A DNA stretch of 64,000 bases, taken from positions 19,908,451 to 19,972,450 of the forward strand of contig OZ316894.1 in assembly GCA_973895155.1 (NCBI GenBank). Direction: 5' to 3'. This document shows positions 1-13,360 of the stretch, piece by piece (position 1 is the stretch's first letter; every line of letters starts with the position of its first letter). Source of the stretch: Marsupella aquatica. Lineage: Eukaryota; Plantae; Marchantiophyta. The translations under genes and the position numbers were made by a program. The notes beneath the pieces are model-generated. The model searched no databases and was not told the DNA's origin. It worked only from the letters and a program-made list of their open reading frames with translations.

Positions 1-416
1 CAGTTTCGTATATAAAATGTAGCATGCACGTCTGGCTATTTAACAATAATTGTATACACCAAACGTCCACATTCTACTAAGGAAATCAAACGCCTGAATT
101 TCATTGAAAAAGTCGAATTTGTATCTTTTCCACATAATGGTCATATTGATTTTCGCAAGAGTTACCTACTTCGTACGAAGAATAGCTGAAGAATATGTAT
201 GAAGTCTGACTCAATCTGTCACGCACTTGGTTCCATTATGAACATGTGAACTGCTAGATTCTGTGAGAGGAAGTACTAGAGTTATTGAGATGATTCTCGT
301 CAATCAGAAATGTTCCAGTCGACTTCAAGAGAACTAGTCGATTTATATTAATATTATACTATAGAGAGAGTAACATGTAGAGGGAAGCACTTCTTCATGG
401 ACGGCAGGAGAAATAC

Positions 417-1298
417 CTTTCTGACACGGCACTTGTCCAGTTCCGTCCATTGCTCCTCCTCTTCAGGCTTGTCCAGGAGCCATATCAATGGCTCGATAGC
501 TTTCCTCCTTAGATCCTTCATGGTGTCATCAGAATCTACAAGGTTGGCTATTTCGGAAGCCTTTGCCATGGCCCGACTCACAACTGGATCTGTGTGACAG
601 CCATCAAAGTATAGAGCGCAAAGAGTGATTCTCACTCTCATCTCGTCATCCACTATTTCTATTTCATTACCTACTAATTCCGATTCAGGAGCCTGCAACC
701 TGCATCTGATGCTTGATGTGATGCTTGACTCAGGTGAAAAACTATCATCACCAAACAATGCCCCAATCACATCCCTGACTTCCTGTTTGCCCACGACATG
801 CCGTTCCATATAAAGTTTCACCAGAGACTGTAGGGACCACGCCGGAGAGTCCTCCTCGTTTTCTTCCTTGCCCACATTCATCTTGGATGCCAATGTATCA
901 GCTTTACGCTTCAATAGTTCTCTCATCCATAATTCATCTGTTGACCTTGTGAATGAAGAGCTTGACATGTTCATACCAGCACAAAAAAGTCGAAGGACCT
1001 CTTCGGGAACAGATTCTGCTTTACATGCATACATCAAGAAGAGTATCCGTTTGGCATCCCTGGTTTCCAGAGATTCTAGACAAAGCGTCATAGCCCCCCA
1101 CAAGCTTCTAGGTGTAGCACTCTCATCGTCTAACACGATAGTCGTAGCTTTAGAGTCTAGTAACTCAGATAATTCCTTCCAAGCATCTCGCCAAGCCCTT
1201 TTATTCTTCTTATCTGCCTTGTAGGAAAAGGTACTGGCCAAACAGGCCAAAGCTAAAGGATTTCCATCAGTTGCTTGGATCATCTTATCTGCATAATC
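417..1298 (-). CDS. NB-ARC protein, coding exon 2: ARC1/winged-helix region plus helical C-terminal region
   Basis: 128-nt intron 1299-1426 ends TGCAG|GAT and joins in frame (NIQ|DYADKM). GLPL-like motif GNPLALACLA follows at the expected spacing. Donor AAG|GTATTT at 417/416. The 3' end is uncertain: a possible short last exon at 219-260 (NLAVHMFIMEPSA*), or the gene continues outside the window. Confidence 0.8.
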
Positions 1299-1426
1299 CT
1301 GCATTGAGACAATTTAAGAAGAAACACCAATTCTTGGAGCTGTTAGTAGCTAAGGAGGCAACTTAGAGAGCAATTACTTTACAAATATGCTACTACAATA
1401 TAAGATTTGCTTTGAGGGCAACGCAC

Positions 1427-2500
1427 CTGTATGTTCTCCGGAAATTTGTTACTCTCCAGCCCCACAAGGGAGGCAAGGATGTTTCTCGCTTCCTCTTTGG
1501 ACGCTTCGTCCATCGTAATAAGCACAGAGGCATCTTTAAAGTCTTCACATAAATTAGACCTCTGGGAAGTGATGAGAATCTTATCATCTTTGCCGTTTCT
1601 GGCAGCCTTCCACATTTCATACACAAACTGCTTATCGGAAACGCCATCTAGGATCATCAAAATCTTCTGGCCAGTAAAAACATTATGGAGAGCGTTGGCG
1701 ATTCTAGATTTTGAGCCAATATTCTCCCCAGATTTTGACATGTTTTCCTCGGCTAAACTAGCGGGAGAAAGGTGCTCCAAGATTTCATACTGCTTGGTGG
1801 CAAGATTAGATATGGAACTATTGCCACACGACACAAAAATTACATGATCAAACACGTTGCTTTTTTCTCCAAATTGCCCATAGCGCTCACAGATATATCT
1901 GGCTAGGGTGGACTTGCCTTTACCTACGCCCCCATGCAATAATATCATGCGAGCCCCGCTCTGAGAATCTTCAATTGCCTTAATGACGGCAGACTGTGAT
2001 TTTTCTATCGGAACGTACTTGTTGTCGTTATTGTGGATAACTGTAGCCATGGCTCTATTCCTGCCTGCTTCTCGCATGAGACCATAGAATTCCACTTCCT
2101 CCTTGACGATTTTTGGGATGCTCTCAAGTTCTTGGATCACCATCTGAAATGTCTTTTCTAACCTTTCTGGGAAAAGTGTCAAGTTCACTTTCGCATAAAT
2201 GCACCAGAATTGGGAACAGCACTGGTTGCCAGACACGTTTCTCTCCAACTTGTTTAATCTTGCTTCCGCCTTCTTCAACGCCAATTCGGCTTCCTCTAGT
2301 GTCTTCATCATTGTGCTCTCCACAGGTTGCTGGTGGACGCGGACTTGCTCCACATAGAAAACAAGTCTTGAGCTCAGTATCGCCGCTTTGCTTTGATACT
2401 CGGCTGACGCAGTGAACCAGTCTTCTTTGACATCCTGAATCTTTGACACAATGGTAAGAATTGAACCGCATATAGCAACGACTTTGTTCAGCGCGTCCAT
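1427..2500 (-). CDS. NB-ARC (NLR/STAND-type) protein, coding exon 1: N-terminal RPW8/HeLo-like helical domain plus NB subdomain
   Basis: ATG at 2500 (MDALNKVV...), just downstream of a branch point and acceptor (GCTAAC...TACAG). P-loop HGGVGKGKSTLA, RNBS-A-like FDHVIFVSCG, Walker B KILMILDGV, RNBS-B KILITSQ. Exon ends at donor CAG|GTGCGT (1427/1426); 1074 nt, phase 0. Confidence 0.85.
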
Positions 2501-5500
2501 TGACTCTGTACGACCAGGCACGCGATGGAAAGACGTTAGCAATTACCAAAATATAAAGCAAAGCTAGGTGAAGTTCGCAGATGAACGTAGTCGCTTGCTA
2601 CATTACGTATGTCTGCGAGGCCACACGGACAGCTCACTGTATCCGTATGGCCGTACCCTTTGGAAATTTATTTCGATTCGCTACCACCATGGACATCAAA
2701 GAAGCATTGCAAAGATTAAGTACTATTGCTTCATGGAATGGCTTACTTACCCGAGTAATCAGTTCTTCCACGGAGTTTTATGCCTTCCAAATGCGGACAA
2801 CGCTGCCTCCGGGATCCTCACGATTCAGGACTTCTTTCGAAAGAACCGATTAACCACTTACTAATTGGACAAAAAGCTCTCCTCTCCTCTTCCGACTCGA
2901 CATTGTGAAATGCTCACCTGTACGTTTAGCCAAAGATTTAGATCAACAGTTAATCACACCAAACGTTTCAATAGTTCGATATTAAACTTTGTTGCATGAT
3001 ATACATAAGGGAGATCATACGTACGCATGAGCAAGATAATGCTAGCAGGATCGTTTTATTTAATAATTGCGTAACCTCCAAAGTCACCGATTGAAAGCGT
3101 AGCGCGCACTGGAGGAGCGTAAATTAAATGTTGAACGACCAGAACTAGGCATCGGTCAATATAGCGAGGGCTCGTTAGGACATATTCCTAAACCGTCCCA
3201 GTTACATGATCTGTAGCTCGAGCAGTAGCTACATGAGCGCACTGCCGGCCATTTTTCAGGACCGCCTGTTTATAATGTTAATAGGTCCTATCTGTCTCAC
3301 TTCTAGACCTCGCGATGCGATACAGAATCGATTGGGCGGGTCGACAGTAGATGGAGGAGCAATACTAATCAAGCTGTGCAATCCTAGAGAAGAAGTTTGG
3401 ACGCCACAATATCCAACTCCAATGCCGTGACAGCAGGCTGGAGGACAGGCACCTGTCAGATGCAATTCGGAACCAGATATGCGAGATGACTGCGATCTAG
3501 GATGCCATTGACTGTGTCAACCACGAAGTGCTTTATCACCCTTCACTAAGAGCCTGCCAAACCATACCCAACATGTACTTAGTTGTTGTAGATGAAACCT
3601 GAACTAATACGATGTGCAGAGCTAGCACTAAATCACTACGGTAGGAGGAGCAAGACAACTACAGTAAGCTGTTACTCAGATCTAGACAATTGGGCTACAA
3701 ATCTAGTACTGCAAGCTTACTACGCATGCATGAACTACACATACTCTTACTTACAGTTCGGGATGTATGGTGATCCCTTCCGCCACACTTCAAGCTTGGA
3801 GTAGTGGAATTTCAGACCGTGAAAAACGTTGACCTCAAATGCTAGCTGATTCAAGTGAAGAGGTGGGCTTGGGCCTGCAGTGCATCAAGAACAATTTGAT
3901 CCTCAGTAGCGAAGATATTGATATCCATGCTCAACGCTTTGCAGACAGTATATTCTCCTTCCGATAATTGTAACTAAGTAAACAATCAGTCCAATCCTCA
4001 ACCATGACTACCTGCGTCCGATGCGTTCCAGAGAAAGCCCTTTCGTGCATCTCGATTACCAACTTAAGGCAAAGCTGTTGAATGCGGTCAACAACCGGGT
4101 ATTCATTATGCTGTCTTCATGCATTCCTCAGCGATCAACAGCTTCCATCGAATTGCACTTAGACTTCACTAACGAGATCTTGGAACTTAGTAATATGTCG
4201 GCACTACAACGTCATGCAAAACAGTGGCAAAGAAGCTGCATCAGCATCGCATCTATCGAGACAACACTGCGGCCAAGTACCACCGAGTATGAAATACAAA
4301 GCCCAAGCTCCGGAATTTTAGTTCAGAAAGCCTTCCTTGCCTCAGTAGCAGCTTATGCAGTTAAAAACATGGCTGACAACTTCTTCAAAACTTTCGCTCT
4401 CTTCCGGATTTCCGTTTTCCTTACACACGTTCTGCTTACGGACAGCGTTGCCTTTCCGCGTGCCACCAAATAATGACATACTTCAGTTTCGACCAATTTC
4501 CAACGGGAAGTATGGATATCTGGTCCACATCCTGACGGTTTGTATATCTTCTTCCGAGTGCAGTGCCTTCCTCTAAGACTTAGAGCCTGCAGTACGTAGG
4601 AACCGAAAGAGTACTTTTTCAAAGAGTCTGTCCATGGGCACACGAACCTGGTGTGACTTTGGGCGTCTCCAGCGTTAGGTTCCACGGGGGGCAACCGCAC
4701 CAGACCCTAATTTTTGTAAATGACCGCGCAACCTCATCTGTGATCGGACAAGAAATACCAGAGATCGATGGTTGTATACGTCAATCGATTGACTAAAATC
4801 GCCACCACCATGGTCTTGCATGCGATCCAAATCTGAATGCCGTCTTCGGCCGCATTGGGATGGAGCCCAATGCATCGAGTCCTTCTGCAAGGACGCGTCA
4901 CGCAAAACAACGAAGGGAAATCGAGCGAAAAGTCTAAGAAAGGAGGGTCCACACCTTCTACACCGTCGATGCAATCTCAGTCAACTGTGAAAAAGGATGA
5001 GGCCACGAGGCTGATTCTTTTTCGGAAAGAACCATGCAATAAAGTGACGAAGACGCGTCGGTCTGAGCTCTATGATTCCTGTCGTTTACTTTAGTGAAAG
5101 GTACACGTTCAAGAGAGTGTCCATGCCTTTTAGTTCCTGTTCCAGCACCGCCATGACCGGCCTACCAGAAACGACACACAAGTAGCCTTCAGCAAGACTG
5201 CAAGAGTGCTTTGAAAACTGGCGATCATTGCTGGACGATAAGGGAGTCATTTGACCAAACAGCGTCATTTGGCTTGGGTTTGACTTTGCTCAAAAAGATG
5301 GTGTCGACCCGATTGCCACTTGAGCTGTGGACAAGTGTATCTTGTTTGGGCAGACAGGAGTCGATAGTCTTCCTCACAGGAGAGGTTCTCAGAGTACAGA
5401 CAAATCGATAGTGCAAGAAATACAGGGGACGATAAAAAGGTTGGCAATGAATAGAAATGATATCATCATGAGGATCAAAACTATTCATGGCCAGGAAGCT

Positions 5501-8500
5501 TTGGAAGATCCCAAAATTCTTTAAGATATTGGCTTCGGTTATCACTCGTCTTATTTAAAGTAAATAATTGTTCATCAAAAAGTAAACTCCTTTTGGTCGC
5601 ACGACTGTAAGCGTTTTGATTCTAACCATGTTTTGGGGTCCATTCCTTCGTAGTCCTTGTCCTCTTACAACGCTCGAGTGGCGCTCAAACCCATACGCTT
5701 GCCCACCAGGCTCGAGATGAAACAAAGTTCTAACGAATGTGTTTGATGTGAACGAATTGCCAGTGGCACTAAGTAACCATTGGCCACATTGTTTGTCTAT
5801 TACCGAAATGTCAGGACCTATGTATTACAAATCCCATTTGCGCTTCACAGCTCGTGAAAGCTTTTATCTATTGGACTTCGACCTGGTTTGCAAACCTACA
5901 GACCATCACACGATCACCGCACCTAGTCAAAAACCTTGGAAGACTTTCTGCACAATGCTAATCGTGGAAAGTATTTCAAATAAAATAAAATACTCCACAA
6001 TTGCGCTTCTGCACAAGACTTTCTTAAAAGGATTCTCCTTTGCGAACAAATAAAGGAGATTGACACTCTACCTAAAACACTGAAAGTGCCCGTCGTCAAT
6101 CCATCATATCACTCCATCACTCTGGCATGTTTCTAATCCAGAATTTAGTAACTACGATTAATAATTTTTAGCAGCTCTTCCAATTCCCTGGCGGAAAATC
6201 GACGTTCAAACGAGGACAAATCAATGACATAGATCGGTGCTATCTCAAAATTAATTGATATCCCCCATGGATTTCCAGTGAGATTGCCCCAAGTGTAAGG
6301 TCCAGACTTCGTAGAATTCAAAGTGTCCATACTCAACCTCATACTAGCAATCCGACTTCGAGACAGAATTGGAAATTTTGGAAATTCTCATGCCAGAAAC
6401 ATGAAGCCTTAGGCAAACAGTCTTGCGACATGATCGAAACAACAGGGTTAAGTGATCCTCTAAAGTCATCTAGCTCTTGTTTGTCCCAACTGGATCTACA
6501 TCTCAACGACTAATTCTCAGGGGCAAAGTAATAAGTGGGATTGGACATGAACTATCATTTATTGCACATGTTGTTGACGGACATGAACTATCATTAATTC
6601 CCCAGTTCCAATCTATTCAGATCAATCTGTTCTTTGACAAAGAATTCAACTATTCAAGCGGACGTCTGGCCTTCTGGCGGGCCTTTTGGATGATAAACAA
6701 ATGGAAGTTCCAAAGGGTCCCCCAGATTGTCTCCAGATGCTTCAACTCCTAACGCATAGAGTGCAACATCGCTGGAAACACGAAGTCTCCAATTTACTTT
6801 TGTTACAATCCTTGAATGTCCAAAGCACCGCCCAAATCAATACCACCCCACCAAAACACACTCAAAGGTCACCTGATGAACACGGTAACAGGCAAAACGT
6901 GTGCACAACAGAATCAGACTGACAGGAGATTTATGATTTCCATCAAAAATTAGTTTTGTGAATTTCAGTTGAGATATAGAGTAAAAAATGAGTTTTTAAT
7001 GGCGATGAATTGTGCTTCTCTGTCGCCGTAGATTCGAGCCCACTGCTTATGAAAATTGTCCAGCCGTCATGAACTTTGAGTGTACTTAGTGCATTTTCAA
7101 ATTGCAATGTGACACTCGTCTTGACAAATTACCTGACAGGGTCATCAACGTAGTCAAAGCTTACCTCACATTTTTCAGGAGTACTAGTGTATCTCTCTTT
7201 AAGCTGAAATTATTCCAGCATGGTCTCTTCTGTCCATCTATTGCCTAAGTTTGAGATTTTCCTAGATCATTTGTTCCATTTCCAAGCACAAAAGATGATC
7301 AAATATTCTAAATCAAACACTTTTTTCCATTTAAATGACACAAGTCTTTTTCTCCTGTTAAAGCAATGTATAAATGAGAAGTCAAGGTTTACACCAGGAT
7401 GCTTGGAACATTCTTAAAATTTACTTCACCAAATTTCTTTCTAGGTTGGAGGAATATTCTAGGTCAGGCCCAAAATTATAACAATTTTAATTTTATTGGT
7501 CCTACATGGTACTAGGGTAGTTGCGTTTACAAGTCCAGCACAACAATCATTTGTGTCCTTCCTTTACAACAGTTTCTGCCCCTCTCAGAACTCAGATAGA
7601 AATTACTAGTGTGGATGAGCATAAAGTTAAATGCATGTTTTGTGAGTCTCGTGGGAGTCCACCTCTATAATTTTCCAATCCCTAAGGAAAACCCTCAGAT
7701 TGTGACTAATGGACCCGTGGTGTCATGGGGAACTGGCAAACAAGACCCAGAAAAAGTTGTTAATGCTTTCGATGAAGGTGGAAGTTTTGCCACTAAAAAA
7801 ACACTGGTCACTGCTTTCCTTCCTCTCGTTGTTCAAAACTAGCCCACATTCTACTAATGAGGTCCAATTGTGTGGGTCCTGTTTACCCTGCACCTGATCT
7901 TGTGATAGGGGACACGAATAAGTTTATAGTAAGGTCCTGATAATGCCCTGATAAGAGGGTATTGTTTGCCAAATGCTTGCCCCAACCCCAATGAGGGCTT
8001 TAGCTCAAGTTTTGAGAGGCATTTTGAGGAGCTTATTGCCCATAATGCCCTAGTAACAGTGACTACATTATTACACTTAAAAGCCTAAGAGATTTTTATT
8101 CTTATAAGTTGTAGTAAAAGCAAGTGGAGGTAAAGTTTGATAATGCCCAAGGGACTGTGCATTCTTCTCTATTAAACATCTACAAGTAACAGTCAACGAG
8201 ACATAGAAAAACTCACGAAATGCGTTAAAACAGACCAAATGAGTTTGGTTAGTACAGCAGACCGCAGATTTCCTTCTTGGAGCGAACAGACATGACTTGT
8301 ATGTTCACAACTGATTAGATGGGACTTCGCAGATTGCCAAGCATCGATCCTAACCAGAGGTTTTGGAGTGGCAAAAATTTGCTAGGTTTCACCTCTCTCT
8401 ATATAATATATACGTCACTTAAAATCTTAGCCTCTTTTGGCTACAATTCTCTAGTTTTTCAATCTTCCATTAGCCAGTGTCCCACATAGCCCATTAGCTT

Positions 8501-9435
8501 GAATCTCACCTTCAATCCTTAAAATCTAGGGAGATCTCTGACAGGGTCTCAAATTGAAACGTTAGATTATAAATATCTCTAGCACCTTCTCGTTCACACA
8601 ACGTTACATTAGCCACAGGCGAAAAAAATAAAATACGTTAAAACTGACGTTATTGTATCGGAAAATATACTTAGAAAAAATATCGGAGGCCGCTGCAGTA
8701 TAATACACGACACGCACCAGTAGCTGTGGAAGCACCCGACACTCGTGTATGAGATCTCGTGCAAAACGTGCTCCGTCTATCCCAGATTACTCGCAAATTT
8801 CAATCCTTGGTTATGGTAGAGCGGCGTCGAGCAGAATTGCAAAGCTAACTCGTTTCCAGTACAAGGTGCGCCTATTGACGGAGATCTCGTCCGCAACTAA
8901 GTACCTCTATCGCAGGTTCTTCCCAAATTTCAACAACCCATGACTAGTGACCACGGTAGAGCGACCTCGGAAAGAAGTCGAAACTCATTAATATGTAATT
9001 TCCGGTACAGCAAGCTATGGCGGATATGCTGTATTAGAGGCAGACTGCTTAGAGATGTCAATTGACTTGAAATGACGCCTATGACGCACAGGCGAGGCAT
9101 TTCAAAAGAAAGTACAGATCGAATACTGAACAATTTTACGTCGTGCATATTGACAATGAATGTTTAGAAATACAACTTCGTTGTGGAGTCAAATCAGAGC
9201 AGATAAGGGAGCCGATAGACTCCACGCTCAAACTCGGTTAGGAAAAGGCCCACACACCTCTCTCTCCTCGGGGCACTCGTTTTCTTCCGTGAGTTGGAAG
9301 AACTACGCAATTAATGGTGCATATACTTCAAATTCACATTCAACAAGGATTTGACGATTCGGGATCAAACCGATTTCCGTCTACATGAAGCTGCTCCGAG
9401 CACCTTGCACTTTGGTTGCGTATGAGCAACCCGAA

Positions 9436-10497
9436 TCAAATAACTTTAAGGAACCACCAAACACAATATAAGAAAATTAATAAAAGGAAGTAAGTTATCG
9501 CACACGGCCCGACGATCTCCTGGAATTTTCTCGATATTAAGTGCCGGTATCGACCTAGAATCGTTATAGTCGGTATAGCTTCGTCCCCCGCACCGTCCTG
9601 TCGTTGCACCCCGAGAAGCGGCTCTGCAAGTGACGCGTTCTCAATAGCTCCGTACCTTGCTCTAGCTCGCGTTTCATCATCTTCCCAGTGGTGAAGTTTC
9701 GCTGCTTGTGCTGCAGCAATCGGTTTCGAATGACCGTGCGCCCGTTTATACCTGGTTCTCCACGGGTTATCATCGATGTAGCTCGTAACAAATTTCCTGC
9801 GCCGCCGACCTTTCTTCTCAAGAATACCAACGGGTTTTCCTGATGCATTTGCCTTCGGTTTAACAATGACCTGGTAGGTAATAAGAGAGGCACAATCCGG
9901 GCAACTGAGGTCATAAATTCTTTGATTTTGTAGGACGCGCCTGATCGCACGGCCCTCTAAGTCAGCGTCCGCTATTGCTTTGTGCGATCGTCTATGTCTC
10001 TTCAGAGGTGGATCTTCTTCATCAGAATCGTCGCGCTCCCGCATCCCTCCACTAGTCCTCGGTCCCGGGTGCAAGTGCTGAGGACGTTCTGTCGACGGCA
10101 TCCTTCCTGGCAAAGTATCTGATGTAGAGATTGCCCTTTTCCTCTTCTGAAGAATTACTGCATGAGTAATGCAAGACTCGCAATCGGGGCACAGCAATTC
10201 GTAATTTGTCTGCTCTTGTAGCGCACTGCGCATTTCAGCCTCTTCCTCTTCTGAAGTATCCTCGAAGCTTTCATGTGCGGCTCTCACCGATAAGCTAGGT
10301 GTGTTGTGGAGGCTTGCCTGGATTCCATGAGGCCTGTCCCCCGATTCCACGGGTTCAAGCTCTCTTTTCCTCTTTTCAAGAATCACTTCGCCTGTGACGG
10401 CATGCTCGCACACGGGGCATATCAGGTCGTGACTCTCCTGGTCGAATAACATCTGCGGAAGCATGACATTTGGATCGTTCTCCTCGGGCTCTTCCAT
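9436..10497 (-). CDS. Protein with three tandem MEB/MEBL-type Cys repeats (Qxx[H/Y][D/E]LxCPxCxxxITxxVI followed by a basic patch) and a C-terminal transmembrane helix
   Basis: 353-aa ORF. Repeats are QESHDLICPVCEHAVTGEVILEKRKR, QTNYELLCPDCESCITHAVILQKRKR and QRIYDLSCPDCASLITYQVIVKPK. C-terminus is hydrophobic (IVGPCAITYFLLLIFLYCVWWFLKVI). The motif resembles, from memory, the N-terminal Cys motif of plant membrane-protein-of-ER-body-like (VIT/CCC1 family) proteins. Confidence 0.75.
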   Translation of the reverse strand: MEEPEENDPNVMLPQMLFDQESHDLICPVCEHAVTGEVILEKRKRELEPVESGDRPHGIQASLHNTPSLSVRAAHESFEDTSEEEEAEMRSALQEQTNYELLCPDCESCITHAVILQKRKRAISTSDTLPGRMPSTERPQHLHPGPRTSGGMRERDDSDEEDPPLKRHRRSHKAIADADLEGRAIRRVLQNQRIYDLSCPDCASLITYQVIVKPKANASGKPVGILEKKGRRRRKFVTSYIDDNPWRTRYKRAHGHSKPIAAAQAAKLHHWEDDETRARARYGAIENASLAEPLLGVQRQDGAGDEAIPTITILGRYRHLISRKFQEIVGPCAITYFLLLIFLYCVWWFLKVI

Positions 10498-12314
10498 CCT
10501 AGCTTAGTACTGATGCTACGCTCCGGCCTAACCTGCCTTTGTGCTTTATCCAGGCCTTGCAATCTGGACAAAACAGCTCATCAGTTCGCTGCGCGAGTAG
10601 CACATGCTTGTACTAGTCTCATCCTTCCATACCAAAGTGTACAACAAGTATGCATTGAACAAAATCTAAGACAAATTTCGCACTTTAGCTTACCAACACG
10701 ACAGCAAGAGGACTTCGGTGACAGAATCGTACCCCGCCTGAGTCATGTACCGCATTGGACAGTTCCAAACGCCTTACTTGCTAGATTCTCTGCAATTAGC
10801 TCGTATGGAGACAAAACCACGGACCTCATGATTTTGAGAAAAAGATCGTCAAATTCGTAAAGCTTGAACTTCAAACTTCAAAAACGGTCCCGGATTCGGA
10901 CGGGTTCCTGTATGTCGTGCAGAAGAACCCCGACACTGACAGGCCGTGAAGACGTTGTGGTTGAACTTCTTGCTATGCTCGACTGACCGCGCGATCGCGC
11001 AAAACTAGCTTCAATAGCCAGCTCCGGTTCGCAACCAGCAAGTTCGATGGAAAATTTGGAGGTCTGCGCGGACTCACCTGGTAGGTGACGGACGATTGAT
11101 GGGATGCACAGTAGAGCGAGATCAATTCACCACGCCAATGTAAAAACGTTTTGAGCGACAGCCATGGACAGCCATCAACCGTCGTCCTCAACCTGTTAGG
11201 CCAGCTACTCCCTCACCTGAATATTCAAAGCGCAGGAAGATCACTACGGCTGCAACTTGACTTCAATCAGCATTTCATGGTAATTTTTCACCTGGCTGGC
11301 TCCCAAAAATGGGCAGCTGCCTGCCAACCTCCTCGCCCTTCAGTCTGTTGTTTCCTTCGCTGCGAAAGTTCAGTATGTCCCGTTACACTTCGGGCGATGG
11401 GATGTACTTACTTAACGTTCAACATACACCCAAACGTCGAAGTTTACATGACCATAAAAAAAACTTCATGAAATTTTTATTTTTTATGTGAACAGTTCCA
11501 TAACCGAGGTGCAGCTTTCCATTCCGGAAGATTCTGAACGAATATTAGAAGGTCTGTGAGATTGTAAGTCTGTCCATCATCATCGACCATCATCATCGAG
11601 GATCTGAGGTGACCTCAGGTCCTCATCAAGTCGTCGCTGACATTCCATCGATGGTGGCAACAGCGCAGAGGCCGTTCCCGAGGTGTTGTGATCGTCAGAT
11701 CGTGGCTTCTTTTACAACTTGGAATGCTTATCCAAGAATGCGGGAAATTGTATTCTAGCCTTGATCGATGAAACGATATGCGCGTTCCATCACGGAAATT
11801 CATCCTACAAAAGCCAATCATTCATTTCGCACCACACCTTTTGGACAATTCTGATGAAAAGTAGTCCCAACTATCATGAGGAGACGACTGAGTTCCGGGT
11901 AAAGTGAAGTCACGCGTCCTCTGTGCCATAGCCTTCACATAAGTCCTTGCTGCGATTAATGACGGTGACACTGCAGACAGGACCTCCAGTAATCATAGAT
12001 GGTATTCTGCCTACCGCGTACCGAACTGTCTCCAGAATAGGAATGTAGCGGCATGCAATTGGAACACGGCAGATCAGAAGTCAAATCACCATCGTTTCTG
12101 TAGAAATTAGATCCGGCCTCCGCCTTCATCGGAGTCTGTCGACCTTGAATGTCGACCTTGAATGTGACGGTAATGGAGAGCTCTATTATCGCGACCTTAC
12201 GAAGTCGCTCGAGTTGTATTATTCAATCCATCACTAGTGTACATCAGTGTGTTGCAACGTTTAGTTTGTATTGTTCAGTCCATCACTATTGTACACTAGA
12301 AATGTAGGTTCATT

Positions 12315-13122
12315 TGTTACGGGTGATGGCTTTTGGCCATAAAGATATAACGTTTTTCACTGGGTTTGTAAACAATAATATTTAAAAGTCACTAGCCTCT
12401 ACAATAACTTCAGCCAAGACATCTGATCATTCTTCAGTGCAAAAAGTTATGACTTATGAGTTTAGTAATGAATTGTGAATTTAGTAGTCAGTAGTGAAGG
12501 AGACCTCAAACAACGCTTTTACACCCCAAGAGATGGAGAGCACACTTATTGGGGCATCTTTAATCTTCTTAGTTAGCCTGAGTGATGCTTTTCGCCATAA
12601 AGAAAAGCTCTCAAATCTTCATTGTTAGCCTGGGTGATGGCTTTTTGCCATAAAGAAAAGCTGCATAGGTAGGGCTTGATAGCTTTTGGCCATAAAGAAT
12701 GGCTGAAACAAGAAATGACCCAGAGCATTTTTCACCAGGGTGTGTGAATTGTTTCTTAGATTCTTTTTCACTAGCCTCTAAAGTGACTTACAACCATGGC
12801 ATATGATCATTCTTTACCATGAAAGTTATGGACTCTGAATTGGTTGTCCATAACTTTTCCTGTCCGTCACCTTAACCTAGCAGTTGAGGGTCCATCAAGT
12901 TTTGTGGTTTGGGACCCCCCATGATAAAAACAAGATTTTCACGATGCTCATCTACTGTGTTTACTAGAGTTGGCCACCCCATCCGGACCATTCATTCCCA
13001 TTAAACCCCCTCTTTCTGCCATGCATCACTCTGCCTCTCCCGATCCAGTTTGATTCCATGATCCATTCCCGGGGGTCTCACTTCTGCACAAATGCCCGCA
13101 AAAAATGGCACAGCACGTAACC
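12315..13122. mobile_element. Possible degenerate solo LTR or TE fragment with internal subrepeats
   Basis: Begins TGTTACG and ends CGTAACC (inverted termini). Contains four copies of GATGGCTTTTGGCCATAAAGA-like units and a duplicated ~150-bp block (~12325-12472 vs ~12678-12833). No target-site duplication found. Confidence 0.35.
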
Positions 13123-13360
13123 AAACACGTAGTCATTTTCTAAGGAAAAACTTTCAAGAAATTGTGGAAGAACATTATTTACTGTTTTTTAAATGCAAAT
13201 TAATGTGAGCATTGTAGGTAAATATAGAATATTTGGGAGGAATAAGGGTAAATAAATAATTTTAAAAATCTTTTGTTTTAGGGTATTCTAGATTACAAAA
13301 CACAGCAGGTAGTTTTTAGGGTAGAATTAGGTCATTTATTTATTTATTTATTAACCAACT

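Noticed and set aside
2568-6922. Several 60-150 aa ORFs and splice-like signals upstream of the NB-ARC gene
   Set aside because: May be pseudogene debris, but no recognisable domain or consistent gene model could be built.
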